The position numbers and the translations under genes were made by a program. A stretch of 33,294 nucleotides of DNA from a virus: the IMG/VR virus record IMGVR_UViG_3300030329_000080, positions 1-33,294 of that record; one strand, given 5' to 3'. Of the stretch, positions 1 to 6,584 are shown in pieces. Every line of letters begins with the position of its first letter. Position 1 is the stretch's first letter. Below the pieces are notes generated by a model, which saw only the letters and a program-made list of their open reading frames with translations, made no database searches and had not been told where the DNA came from.

Positions 1-99
1 AGTTATAAATCCTGCAGACATACATATAGGTAAATATTCTAATGATACTGAAACTGGCGAGGGATATGATGTTGAAACTGCCTGTATGAGGGTTTTAGA
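1..99. repeat. Terminal direct repeat identical to 33196..33294 (circular-closure overlap; unique genome length 33195 bp)
   Basis: Bases 1-99 (agttataaatcctgcagac...gagggttttaga) recur exactly as the last 99 bases of the window. Confidence 0.95.
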
Positions 100-769
100 G
101 GGCTTACAAGGACTTATAGCCAAAGCACAAGGCTTTGAGATTGAGAGAGTTTTATTTTGCGTAGGAAACGATATTTTACACATAGACAATGTTTACAATA
201 CAACTACAAAAGGTACTAATCAAGATGTTGATGGTAAATGGTGGGAACATTTTGAGGTTGCTCTACAATTATATGTTAGGTGTGTAGAGATTCTAAGAGA
301 GATTGCACCTGTAGATGTCTTGCACTCAATGAGCAACCACGATTATCAAAGTGGTTTTCATTTAGCACACGCTTTAAAATCTTGGTTTAGATTAGATAGA
401 GATGTTACGTTTGATATTAGCGTATCTTACAGAAAGTATTATCAATATGGTAGCAATCTAATTGGATTAGAGCATGGTGATGGTGCTAAGATGGAAAACT
501 TACCTTTGTTAATGGCACAAGAAGAGCCTAAAATGTGGAGTGACACTCAGTATAGATACTGGTATTTACACCACCTACATCATAAAGTAAAACACAAATG
601 GAGAGATGCTAAAGACTTTATAGGTGTTACTGTAGAGTATATGAGGTCACCAAGTGGCACAGATAGTTGGCACTCAAGGAAAGGTTATACAGGTGTTCCT
701 AAAGCAGTAGAGGGCTTTTTACACGAAAAAACAAGCGGTCAAGTGGCTAGACTTGTACATTATTTCTAA
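2..769 (+). CDS. Metallophosphoesterase-superfamily protein (calcineurin / Mre11-SbcD-like), 3' part of a gene that wraps the contig ends (5' part 32867..33294; full product 365 aa)
   Basis: Frame is continuous with 32867.. through the 99-bp overlap. Motifs appear in metallophosphatase order: ADIHIG (DxH), VGNDILH, SNHD, EHGDG, HHLHH. Confidence 0.6.
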   Translation, partial: VINPADIHIGKYSNDTETGEGYDVETACMRVLEGLQGLIAKAQGFEIERVLFCVGNDILHIDNVYNTTTKGTNQDVDGKWWEHFEVALQLYVRCVEILREIAPVDVLHSMSNHDYQSGFHLAHALKSWFRLDRDVTFDISVSYRKYYQYGSNLIGLEHGDGAKMENLPLLMAQEEPKMWSDTQYRYWYLHHLHHKVKHKWRDAKDFIGVTVEYMRSPSGTDSWHSRKGYTGVPKAVEGFLHEKTSGQVARLVHYF

Positions 770-843
770 AAATTATTCCTAGTAAATAAACATTTTTTAA
801 AAAATTGTTGAAAATTCTTTGGTATTTTGTTTCAATTTTATAC

Positions 844-866
844 TTTTACAAAAAGTTTTACAAAAA
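844..866 (+). repeat. Tandem 12-bp repeat TTTTACAAAAA(G) x2 abutting the ATG at 867
   Basis: ttttacaaaaa at 844-854 and 856-866, separated by a single g. Confidence 0.6.
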
Positions 867-1088
867 ATGAGAAGAAATTTATTATCAAGAATTAAAGTTA
901 GTCACTTAGAAAGTTTACACAGAAGTGAAGTGACAAAACCCAACTTAGTAAAAAACATATTAAACGTACTAAGTAATCAGAAATATATTGGAGAACTGAC
1001 TATATCTGAAACTATAGATATAATTAACTTGTGTAATTTACCTACAAGTAATTATAACTATATATGGGAAATGTTTAATGAAAACTAA
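867..1088 (+). CDS. Hypothetical protein (73 aa)
   Basis: ORF-track frame 819..1088. The in-frame ATG at 867 is preferred over the TTG at 819. Confidence 0.5.
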   Translation: MRRNLLSRIKVSHLESLHRSEVTKPNLVKNILNVLSNQKYIGELTISETIDIINLCNLPTSNYNYIWEMFNEN

Positions 1089-1101
1089 TTATTAACTAAA
1101 A
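1087..1101 (+). promoter_or_regulatory. Degenerate copy of the 16-mer leader motif (aattattaact-aaa)
   Basis: Matches AATTATTAACTTAAAC minus one T; 23 nt upstream of ATG 1110. Confidence 0.4.
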
Positions 1102-1109
1102 AAAATATT

Positions 1110-1292
1110 ATGGACTATTACACAAACAATTTAGAATTAGAAAAAGCAGAGAAAGATAACCAAAGATTAAAAAAATATAATCTTTATTTAAAACTTGAGG
1201 TTATTGACTTAAAACAAAAAATTAAAGATTTTGAAGAGCAAGTAAAAAATCTTGCGGTGCAAATAAAAAATTCTGAAGTAGAAGTATATTAA
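1110..1292 (+). CDS. Hypothetical coiled-coil protein (60 aa)
   Basis: ATG ORF; heptad-like K/E/L-rich sequence; preceded by the motif. Confidence 0.55.
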   Translation: MDYYTNNLELEKAEKDNQRLKKYNLYLKLEVIDLKQKIKDFEEQVKNLAVQIKNSEVEVY

Positions 1293-1295
1293 ATA

Positions 1296-1311
1296 AATTA
1301 TTAACTTAAAC
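1296..1311 (+). promoter_or_regulatory. 16-mer leader motif AATTATTAACTTAAAC (exact)
   Basis: Exact copy 24 nt upstream of ATG 1320; 1296-1322 is identical to 1738-1764. Confidence 0.55.
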
Positions 1312-1319
1312 TAAAAACA

Positions 1320-1739
1320 ATGAACACAGAAAAAATGAAACAAGAATTTGTAAAAACACAAATAGAAGCATTTAACAATTCTATAAAAAACACACAAGAT
1401 GTTTTTAATAAATGTTTTAAAGCAGAAAAAAAACAAAATGAGAAATACATTTTAAAAGACAGTTTAAATACTCACATCTCAATGCACAACACAGAAGATG
1501 AAGTACACGAAAAACTACACGAGTTTAGTAAAAAATTTAATGATAGTTTTTCAATAATTGGAGGACATCCAGATAGACCATCTTATGAAGATAACGCAGT
1601 TTTTGAAATTCCTCAAGAATTAAAGAAACGATATAAAAATAAAGAATACATTACTTTTTATTTTTTTAAATTTGATTTAAAAACAAATGAAAGAATTCCT
1701 TTATATGATTATGATGAAGATTATTATAAAAGAAATTAA
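1320..1739 (+). CDS. Hypothetical protein (139 aa)
   Basis: ATG ORF, tightly packed, no recognisable motif. Confidence 0.6.
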   Translation: MNTEKMKQEFVKTQIEAFNNSIKNTQDVFNKCFKAEKKQNEKYILKDSLNTHISMHNTEDEVHEKLHEFSKKFNDSFSIIGGHPDRPSYEDNAVFEIPQELKKRYKNKEYITFYFFKFDLKTNERIPLYDYDEDYYKRN

Positions 1740-1753
1740 TTATTAACTTAAAC
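1738..1753 (+). promoter_or_regulatory. 16-mer leader motif AATTATTAACTTAAAC (exact)
   Basis: Exact copy overlapping the stop codon of the 1320..1739 ORF; 24 nt upstream of ATG 1762. Confidence 0.55.
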
Positions 1754-1761
1754 TAAAAACA

Positions 1762-2268
1762 ATGGGAAAAATGAAACAAATGTTTGAACAACAAGAGAGT
1801 ATTAACCAATTAAATAATAATAAAATGACAAAAAAAACTATGCAACAAAAATTAAGAAAACAACCTGAGCCGATTGTTGAAACAAGAAAAGAAGCCCTAA
1901 GAAGGCTTTACAAAGAAAATGGATTAACAGAAGAAGATATTTATAAAGACAAGAGAGGCTTTGTAATTATTACAAGAACCGGTATAGATAAGATTGTATC
2001 AAGAAATAAAATTACAGTTGCCTATGAAGTTATAACTATGGACTTAGAAAAATCTATATGCGTACTAAGAGCAGCAGCAAGTATGAAAGTTGGTAATGAA
2101 GCAAAAAATGCTATGAGTTTTGGTGAAGCATCACCAGAAAATCTAATGGGAGGTGGTAAGAAGTTTCCTGTTGCAATGGCAGAAAAGAGAGCAATGAGTA
2201 GAGTTGTTTTAAAAATTGCTGGATTCTATGAGCAAGGAGTATTTGGTCAAGATGAAATTGTTGATTAG
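1762..2268 (+). CDS. Hypothetical protein (168 aa); weak resemblance to single-strand-annealing proteins (ERF/RecT-type C-terminal pattern)
   Basis: C-terminal FPVAMAEKRAMSRVVLKIAG..GQDE resembles the conserved KRA..R..L..G tail of phage annealing proteins. This is by eye only. Confidence 0.5.
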   Translation: MGKMKQMFEQQESINQLNNNKMTKKTMQQKLRKQPEPIVETRKEALRRLYKENGLTEEDIYKDKRGFVIITRTGIDKIVSRNKITVAYEVITMDLEKSICVLRAAASMKVGNEAKNAMSFGEASPENLMGGGKKFPVAMAEKRAMSRVVLKIAGFYEQGVFGQDEIVD

Positions 2269-2525
2269 TGAATGATGATTATTTTGATGAGTTAGTAAAT
2301 GGTAGACCTACTCTTATCACCGATAAGCAGTGGTTTATCATTGAAAGCATGATAGATAGAACATCACTTAGTATAGAATATAAAACTAAAATACTAAACA
2401 AAATAAACGACTTGACAGAAATAGAAGCAGAAGAAGTAATAACTAATATATTTGAAAATGAAATCAAAACAGACCCTAAAGACCAATGGCTTAAAATGCT
2501 CAAAGATGGAGTATTTAACAGTTAA
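2268..2525 (+). CDS. Hypothetical protein (85 aa), GTG start overlapping the upstream TAG
   Basis: taGTG stop/start overlap; no in-frame ATG near the 5' end. Confidence 0.5.
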   Translation: MNDDYFDELVNGRPTLITDKQWFIIESMIDRTSLSIEYKTKILNKINDLTEIEAEEVITNIFENEIKTDPKDQWLKMLKDGVFNS

Positions 2526-2538
2526 TATTTATGAGCAT

Positions 2539-2727
2539 ATGTCAATCAATTACACCTACATTGTATGGAATAAAGAAATACTATTAGGTGAGATTGTTGA
2601 GGATGACATAATGAAACTGCTAAACAAAGAGCAAATAATAGACTTTTATCACAGAGATAAGCACAGGTTTAAAGTTAGTGTAAGTGATTTAAACTCACTA
2701 TTAGAGAAGCCAAAATCAAATGACTAA
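2539..2727 (+). CDS. Hypothetical protein (62 aa)
   Basis: ORF-track frame 2452..2727. The ATG at 2539 removes the 74-nt overlap with the 2268..2525 ORF. Confidence 0.45.
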   Translation: MSINYTYIVWNKEILLGEIVEDDIMKLLNKEQIIDFYHRDKHRFKVSVSDLNSLLEKPKSND

Positions 2728-2962
2728 AAAATATTCTATGATTAAGATTAATGAATCTAGGAATGAGTTTGAGGCATTGCTTAGAATCTATGGAATATCA
2801 AATCTTAAATTGTGTAAGATTATGGGTATAAATCCTGCGACAAGCAGAAAGTATATAGAAGAGCCTACTTTAATTAGGTTTATTCATGCTTACAGATTAT
2901 CACAGTTTATAGGTTTAAAAGTTCAGGACATAGTCGATACAATAGTGTACGACTTAAATTAA
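2720..2962 (+). CDS. Small HTH DNA-binding protein (80 aa)
   Basis: ISNLKLCKIMGINPATSRKYIEEP reads as a helix-turn-helix; ATG overlaps the upstream stop by 8 nt. Confidence 0.5.
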   Translation: MTKKYSMIKINESRNEFEALLRIYGISNLKLCKIMGINPATSRKYIEEPTLIRFIHAYRLSQFIGLKVQDIVDTIVYDLN

Positions 2963-2972
2963 AAATTAAATT

Positions 2973-3416
2973 ATGACAATACAAAGAAAATTAACTTTTA
3001 GCAACTACTATAACGAGGTTATATTAGATGAAATTGCTCTTGTTTATAATGTAGATAGAGATACTATATTTACTGGTAGTAGAAAGAAAAACATTATATT
3101 TGCTAAAAGAATGTTTATCTACATACTAAGAAGTATGTTTGGATTAACGCTATATGAAATAGCACACATAACTAATTTACATCACTCATCAGTAATACAT
3201 CATAGTAGAAAGTTTGAATTTTTTAAAAAAAGTTACATTGAAGAAAATAAAGATTTTAAACAAGTTGAGGCTAAGATATTATCTGTAGAGGCAGATGAAA
3301 TGATTAGAGTGTTAGAAGAAAAAAAGAGTGAGATAGAAAAAGAATTAACTAAATTGTATAATATTAAAAAAGAAAAAAATGTCAGAAAAGAAAGAGAAGG
3401 TTTACTTACCGAGTAG
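2973..3416 (+). CDS. DnaA C-terminal (domain IV)-like DNA-binding protein with a coiled-coil tail (147 aa)
   Basis: GSRKKNIIFAKRMFIYILRSMFGLTLYEIAHITNLHHSSVIHHSRKFE lines up with the DnaA domain IV pattern SR..ar.RqiAMyL.k.lt..SL.eIG..fg.rdHtTVlha..ki. Confidence 0.75.
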   Translation: MTIQRKLTFSNYYNEVILDEIALVYNVDRDTIFTGSRKKNIIFAKRMFIYILRSMFGLTLYEIAHITNLHHSSVIHHSRKFEFFKKSYIEENKDFKQVEAKILSVEADEMIRVLEEKKSEIEKELTKLYNIKKEKNVRKEREGLLTE

Positions 3417-3636
3417 TATTAAAAACATTAAAACAAAATTTGGAACTATGTTGGTTGCTAATTTTAAAGTAGATTCATTACAAGCAAACGCTAACAATGG
3501 TTGGGTTTCTATGGTGATTACAGAAAGAAAAGAACCATCAGAAAAAGGTGCAACACATTATGCCTATGTAAATGATTGGAAACCAGATGCTGAGAAAAAA
3601 GAAAAAGTAACTCAAGATGATGATTTACCTTTCTAA
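3379..3636 (+). CDS. Mini SSB-like protein with a canonical acidic C-terminal tip DDDLPF (85 aa)
   Basis: The last six residues, DDDLPF, match the bacterial SSB tip (DDDIPF). The short beta-rich body is compatible with a reduced OB fold. Confidence 0.55.
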   Translation: MSEKKEKVYLPSSIKNIKTKFGTMLVANFKVDSLQANANNGWVSMVITERKEPSEKGATHYAYVNDWKPDAEKKEKVTQDDDLPF

Positions 3637-4136
3637 TGATTGAATGGAAAAAAACTACTTATCCTAGCACTTTCATCAAATTATCTGATGAACTTGCTAA
3701 GGTAAGGAGTATGTTATCTGCTAATGTTTATAATAAGAACACAGAAAAATATAGAGGAGATAAAGAACATAAAATACAACAGTTAGGAATATTTGCAGAA
3801 CTTGTAGCAAGACACATATTAGATAATAATAATGGTGTTAAATATGAGGCTGCACCACTAATAGATGAAAAACCTGTTGTAGAAGCAGACATAATTTTGC
3901 AAGGTATAGGAGAATTGAATTACATAGATGTTAAAGGTGTTAGCACTGGAGGAGATACTCTTAGAGTTAATTATAAGGCTCATAACAATCCAAATAAAAA
4001 AATTACACACTATTTATTCATACAGCCTATAAATGCTATATACGCAAGATTTTGCTGGTTTAAACACGAAGATGTTACACAGTGGACAGTAGTTATGTCT
4101 ACATACACAGAATGTTACGAACTTAAAATAAACTAA
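3636..4136 (+). CDS. Hypothetical protein, possible PD-(D/E)xK nuclease fold (166 aa)
   Basis: E (GIFAELVARH) ... EADIIL ... IDVKG gives an E / D / DxK arrangement; taATG coupling to the upstream gene. Confidence 0.4.
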   Translation: MIEWKKTTYPSTFIKLSDELAKVRSMLSANVYNKNTEKYRGDKEHKIQQLGIFAELVARHILDNNNGVKYEAAPLIDEKPVVEADIILQGIGELNYIDVKGVSTGGDTLRVNYKAHNNPNKKITHYLFIQPINAIYARFCWFKHEDVTQWTVVMSTYTECYELKIN

Positions 4137-4139
4137 ACA

Positions 4140-4775
4140 ATGAAACAACCAAACTACTATGCTATTATATCTGCAGAAGTAAGATATGATAGAAACTTAA
4201 CAGCACACGCAAAACTTTTATACGCAGAAATAACTGCACTGTTAAATATGAATGGAGAATGTTTTGCAACAAACAAATACTTTTCAGAACTGTATGGCAA
4301 GAGTGTTGTAACTATTTCTAAGTGGATAAAAGAACTTATTGAAAATGGCTATGTTACAACAACTTATAAGTACAAAGAGGGTACTAAAGAAATTGACAGG
4401 AGGTATATAAGAATTATTAAAGGGGGTATTAAAGAAAACTTAAAGGGGGGTATTAAAGAAAAGTTTAAGGATAATAATACTAAGGTTAATAATAATATTA
4501 CATATAGTAATAATAAAGGGCGTTTTAAAAAACCAAATATAATTGACATTGATAATTACTGTAGAGAAAGAAACAATAATATAGATGCAGAAACTTTTTT
4601 TGATTTTTACGAAAGTAAAGATTGGAAAGTTGGAAAAACTAAAATGAAAGATTGGAAAGCCTGTGTAAGAACTTGGGAGAAAAGACAAACTAAAAATAAA
4701 GGTATGAGTAAAGTACATATGCACTTAAGTTCTCATATACAAGCAAAAGAATTACTTAAAAAACAAAGACAATGA
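4140..4775 (+). CDS. Replication initiator / replisome-organiser-like protein with an N-terminal winged HTH (HTH_36-type) (211 aa)
   Basis: LTAHAKLLYAEITALLNMNGECFATNKYFSELYGKSVVTISKWIKELIENGYV fits the HTH_36 pattern. C-terminal FFDFYESKDWKVGKTKMKDWKACVRTWEKR is typical of phage replication proteins. Confidence 0.6.
   Translation: MKQPNYYAIISAEVRYDRNLTAHAKLLYAEITALLNMNGECFATNKYFSELYGKSVVTISKWIKELIENGYVTTTYKYKEGTKEIDRRYIRIIKGGIKENLKGGIKEKFKDNNTKVNNNITYSNNKGRFKKPNIIDIDNYCRERNNNIDAETFFDFYESKDWKVGKTKMKDWKACVRTWEKRQTKNKGMSKVHMHLSSHIQAKELLKKQRQ
4419..4466 (+). repeat. Tandem 24-bp duplication inside the initiator gene (encodes KGGIKENL / KGGIKEKF), each unit carrying GGGGG(G)TATTAAAGAAAA
   Basis: Units 4419-4442 and 4443-4466 are identical at 21 of 24 positions. 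Confidence 0.85.
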
Positions 4776-5134
4776 TAAAAAACAAAACAAAAGAAGAACT
4801 AGAAGATTTATGTTTAGACTTACTAAGCAAAACATATATAGAGTTAGGTCAGCATAATGTAGATGCTGAAACAAAAGTTATAATGGCACAAAGTTTAGCA
4901 GAAGATTTACAAAGAACTTACAAAAACTTTTACTTTTCTGATGCAAAAAATGCTTTTATGTTAGGTGTTAGAAGTCCAGAGAATAAAGATTTTATACATC
5001 TAAATGTGCCGACATATATGCGTTGGTTAAGGAAACATAAGGATTTAATATGGGATGCAAGGTCTAAAGTTGATGCAGGTGCTGACCCTAAAACTGTACC
5101 TTTTTATAGACCAGAACCAAAATTATTACAATAA
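4772..5134 (+). CDS. Hypothetical protein (120 aa)
   Basis: ATGA start/stop overlap with the upstream gene. Confidence 0.6.
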   Translation: MIKNKTKEELEDLCLDLLSKTYIELGQHNVDAETKVIMAQSLAEDLQRTYKNFYFSDAKNAFMLGVRSPENKDFIHLNVPTYMRWLRKHKDLIWDARSKVDAGADPKTVPFYRPEPKLLQ

Positions 5135-5159
5135 AGTTATAAAATTCAATTTATTTTTA

Positions 5160-5167
5160 TAAATTTG
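5160..5167 (+). promoter_or_regulatory. Bacteroidota-type -7 promoter box TAAATTTG (TAnnTTTG)
   Basis: Exact TAnnTTTG in an intergenic gap, followed 4 nt later by a leader-motif variant. Confidence 0.45.
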
Positions 5168-5171
5168 GCAT

Positions 5172-5186
5172 AATTAAACTTAAAAC
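5172..5186 (+). promoter_or_regulatory. Leader-motif variant aattaaacttaaaac
   Basis: Close variant of AATTATTAACTTAAAC; no ORF follows for about 180 nt. Confidence 0.4.
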
Positions 5187-5284
5187 TAATAAACAGAGTT
5201 GTAATCAATATTAATTATTAACAGAGCGGTTATACTTTGTATAGATTACCAATCACAAAATTGATAAACAACAAAAATTAAATT

Positions 5285-5298
5285 AATTATTAACTAAG
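5285..5298 (+). promoter_or_regulatory. Leader-motif variant aattattaactaag
   Basis: The first 11 nt match the 16-mer exactly. A shorter aattattaac copy lies at 5213-5222. Confidence 0.35.
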
Positions 5299-5365
5299 TT
5301 TTTAACTAATTACAATTAATCGGGTTTGTGATTCTCTGTTTGCTAGTTTTATAAAATAAAAAAAT

Positions 5366-5476
5366 ATGACAACTTGTTTAATAGCACTATTCGCATCAAT
5401 ACCTATTTGTTTTTTTCTTGGTTGGTTTAAAGGATATAACCAAGCATATCATAAGTATAATAATAAAAAAGATTAA
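5366..5476 (+). CDS. Small hydrophobic peptide (36 aa, one predicted TM segment)
   Basis: ATG ORF MTTCLIALFASIPICFFLGWFKGYNQAYHKYNNKKD, below the ORF-track size cutoff; ends 4 nt before the next ATG. Confidence 0.35.
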   Translation: MTTCLIALFASIPICFFLGWFKGYNQAYHKYNNKKD

Positions 5477-5480
5477 TTAA

Positions 5481-5723
5481 ATGATTTTACTAAATTTGTT
5501 AAAACATATGAAACTAAGTGATTTATGGCAGATAGATTTTTTTCTTGCTTTTACTATTTTAATTTTAGTTTGTTTTGTAATGCTAATAATATCAGATTAT
5601 TTAGAATATAAAATAATGAAACAAGAATCAGATGAACTTAAAAAAAATATGAACAACTATGTAAACACTAAATTTGGTGCTTTAGAGAATGATAGAATAA
5701 ATGAAAGACAAAACAAAAAGTAA
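5481..5723 (+). CDS. Small membrane protein (80 aa)
   Basis: Hydrophobic segment FFLAFTILILVCFVMLIISDYL followed by a charged tail. Confidence 0.55.
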   Translation: MILLNLLKHMKLSDLWQIDFFLAFTILILVCFVMLIISDYLEYKIMKQESDELKKNMNNYVNTKFGALENDRINERQNKK

Positions 5724-6069
5724 ATATTATTACGATTTTGACAGGAATAGAAGTGTTAAATCTAAAATAAACCCAAAGATGTTTGTACCTAAAGAAGAAT
5801 TAGAATACCAAATGAAAGAAGAAATAAACAACATAGACTACTCAAAAAATAAAATACCTAACTATTATATAGGACAAACATATGGCTATGAGGCTAGAAA
5901 AGTTTGTGAGGATTTTGAATTATCTTACAATATAGGAACTGCAGTAACGTATCTTCTTAGAGCAGAAAAAAAGCATGAAACTGCTACTCAATGTATTAGA
6001 AAAGCAATCAACCACTTAGAATTTGAACTAGACAAAATAGCAAATAAATCTATTAAAAAATTTAAGTAA
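5701..6069 (+). CDS. DUF3310-family phage protein (122 aa)
   Basis: PNYYIGQTYGYEARKVCEDFELSYNIGTAVTYLLRAEKKH...CIRKAINHLEFEL fits the DUF3310 pattern (HY...e.i...f...gna.KYl.R...K....KA..yl). Confidence 0.6.
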   Translation: MKDKTKSKYYYDFDRNRSVKSKINPKMFVPKEELEYQMKEEINNIDYSKNKIPNYYIGQTYGYEARKVCEDFELSYNIGTAVTYLLRAEKKHETATQCIRKAINHLEFELDKIANKSIKKFK

Positions 6070-6320
6070 TGCAAAAGCCTATCTTTAGAGTGTTTGTAAA
6101 CTACAGCATTAAAAACAGTAGAGGCATTACAAGGCGACCAAAGACAGGAACTATAGATACATTTGTATTGACCAATAATTTAGAAGAAATAAAAGAAGAT
6201 GAGGTGTTACACAATAGAATATTTTATCTGCACAAAATAAAAGATAAAGACAAGTTTAAGATAGAAATAAAAAATATTGAAGTGGAAGGTCAATATGGAG
6301 AAACAACCGACAGATTTTAA
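6069..6320 (+). CDS. Hypothetical protein (83 aa)
   Basis: taATG coupling to the upstream gene. Confidence 0.55.
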   Translation: MQKPIFRVFVNYSIKNSRGITRRPKTGTIDTFVLTNNLEEIKEDEVLHNRIFYLHKIKDKDKFKIEIKNIEVEGQYGETTDRF

Positions 6321-6576
6321 AACAAGTATTATGCCAAAAATTAGAAAAATAAAACTGGAAGATAGAAAAGATATGAGAGGTGGAGGTTACTCAAGAAGAA
6401 AGTTTACTGCAGAGGAAGTAGATTATATAAGAAAAGAATATGCTACATCTACAGAGAAAGTAACCATATCTTCTCTTGCCAGAAAGTACAACGTATCTCA
6501 ACCTCTTATGTACCAAATGATAAAAGGTACAACTTATACAGATAATAAGGGGGATAGGGGGGTACTAGGGGGGTAG
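6295..6576 (+). CDS. HTH DNA-binding protein (93 aa)
   Basis: ATG 6295 is preferred to TTG 6277. FTAEEVDYIRKEY...ISSLARKYNVSQPLMYQMIKG is a sigma-region-4-like or resolvase-like HTH. The last 9 codons are built from G runs. Confidence 0.5.
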   Translation: MEKQPTDFKTSIMPKIRKIKLEDRKDMRGGGYSRRKFTAEEVDYIRKEYATSTEKVTISSLARKYNVSQPLMYQMIKGTTYTDNKGDRGVLGG

Positions 6577-6579
6577 GGG
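6549..6579 (+). other. Canonical G-quadruplex motif G5-ATA-G6-TACTA-G6-TA-G4 on the sense strand
   Basis: G tracts at 6549-6553, 6557-6562, 6568-6573 and 6576-6579; this is the only such cluster in an AT-rich genome. Confidence 0.6.
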
Positions 6580-6584
6580 TGTCT

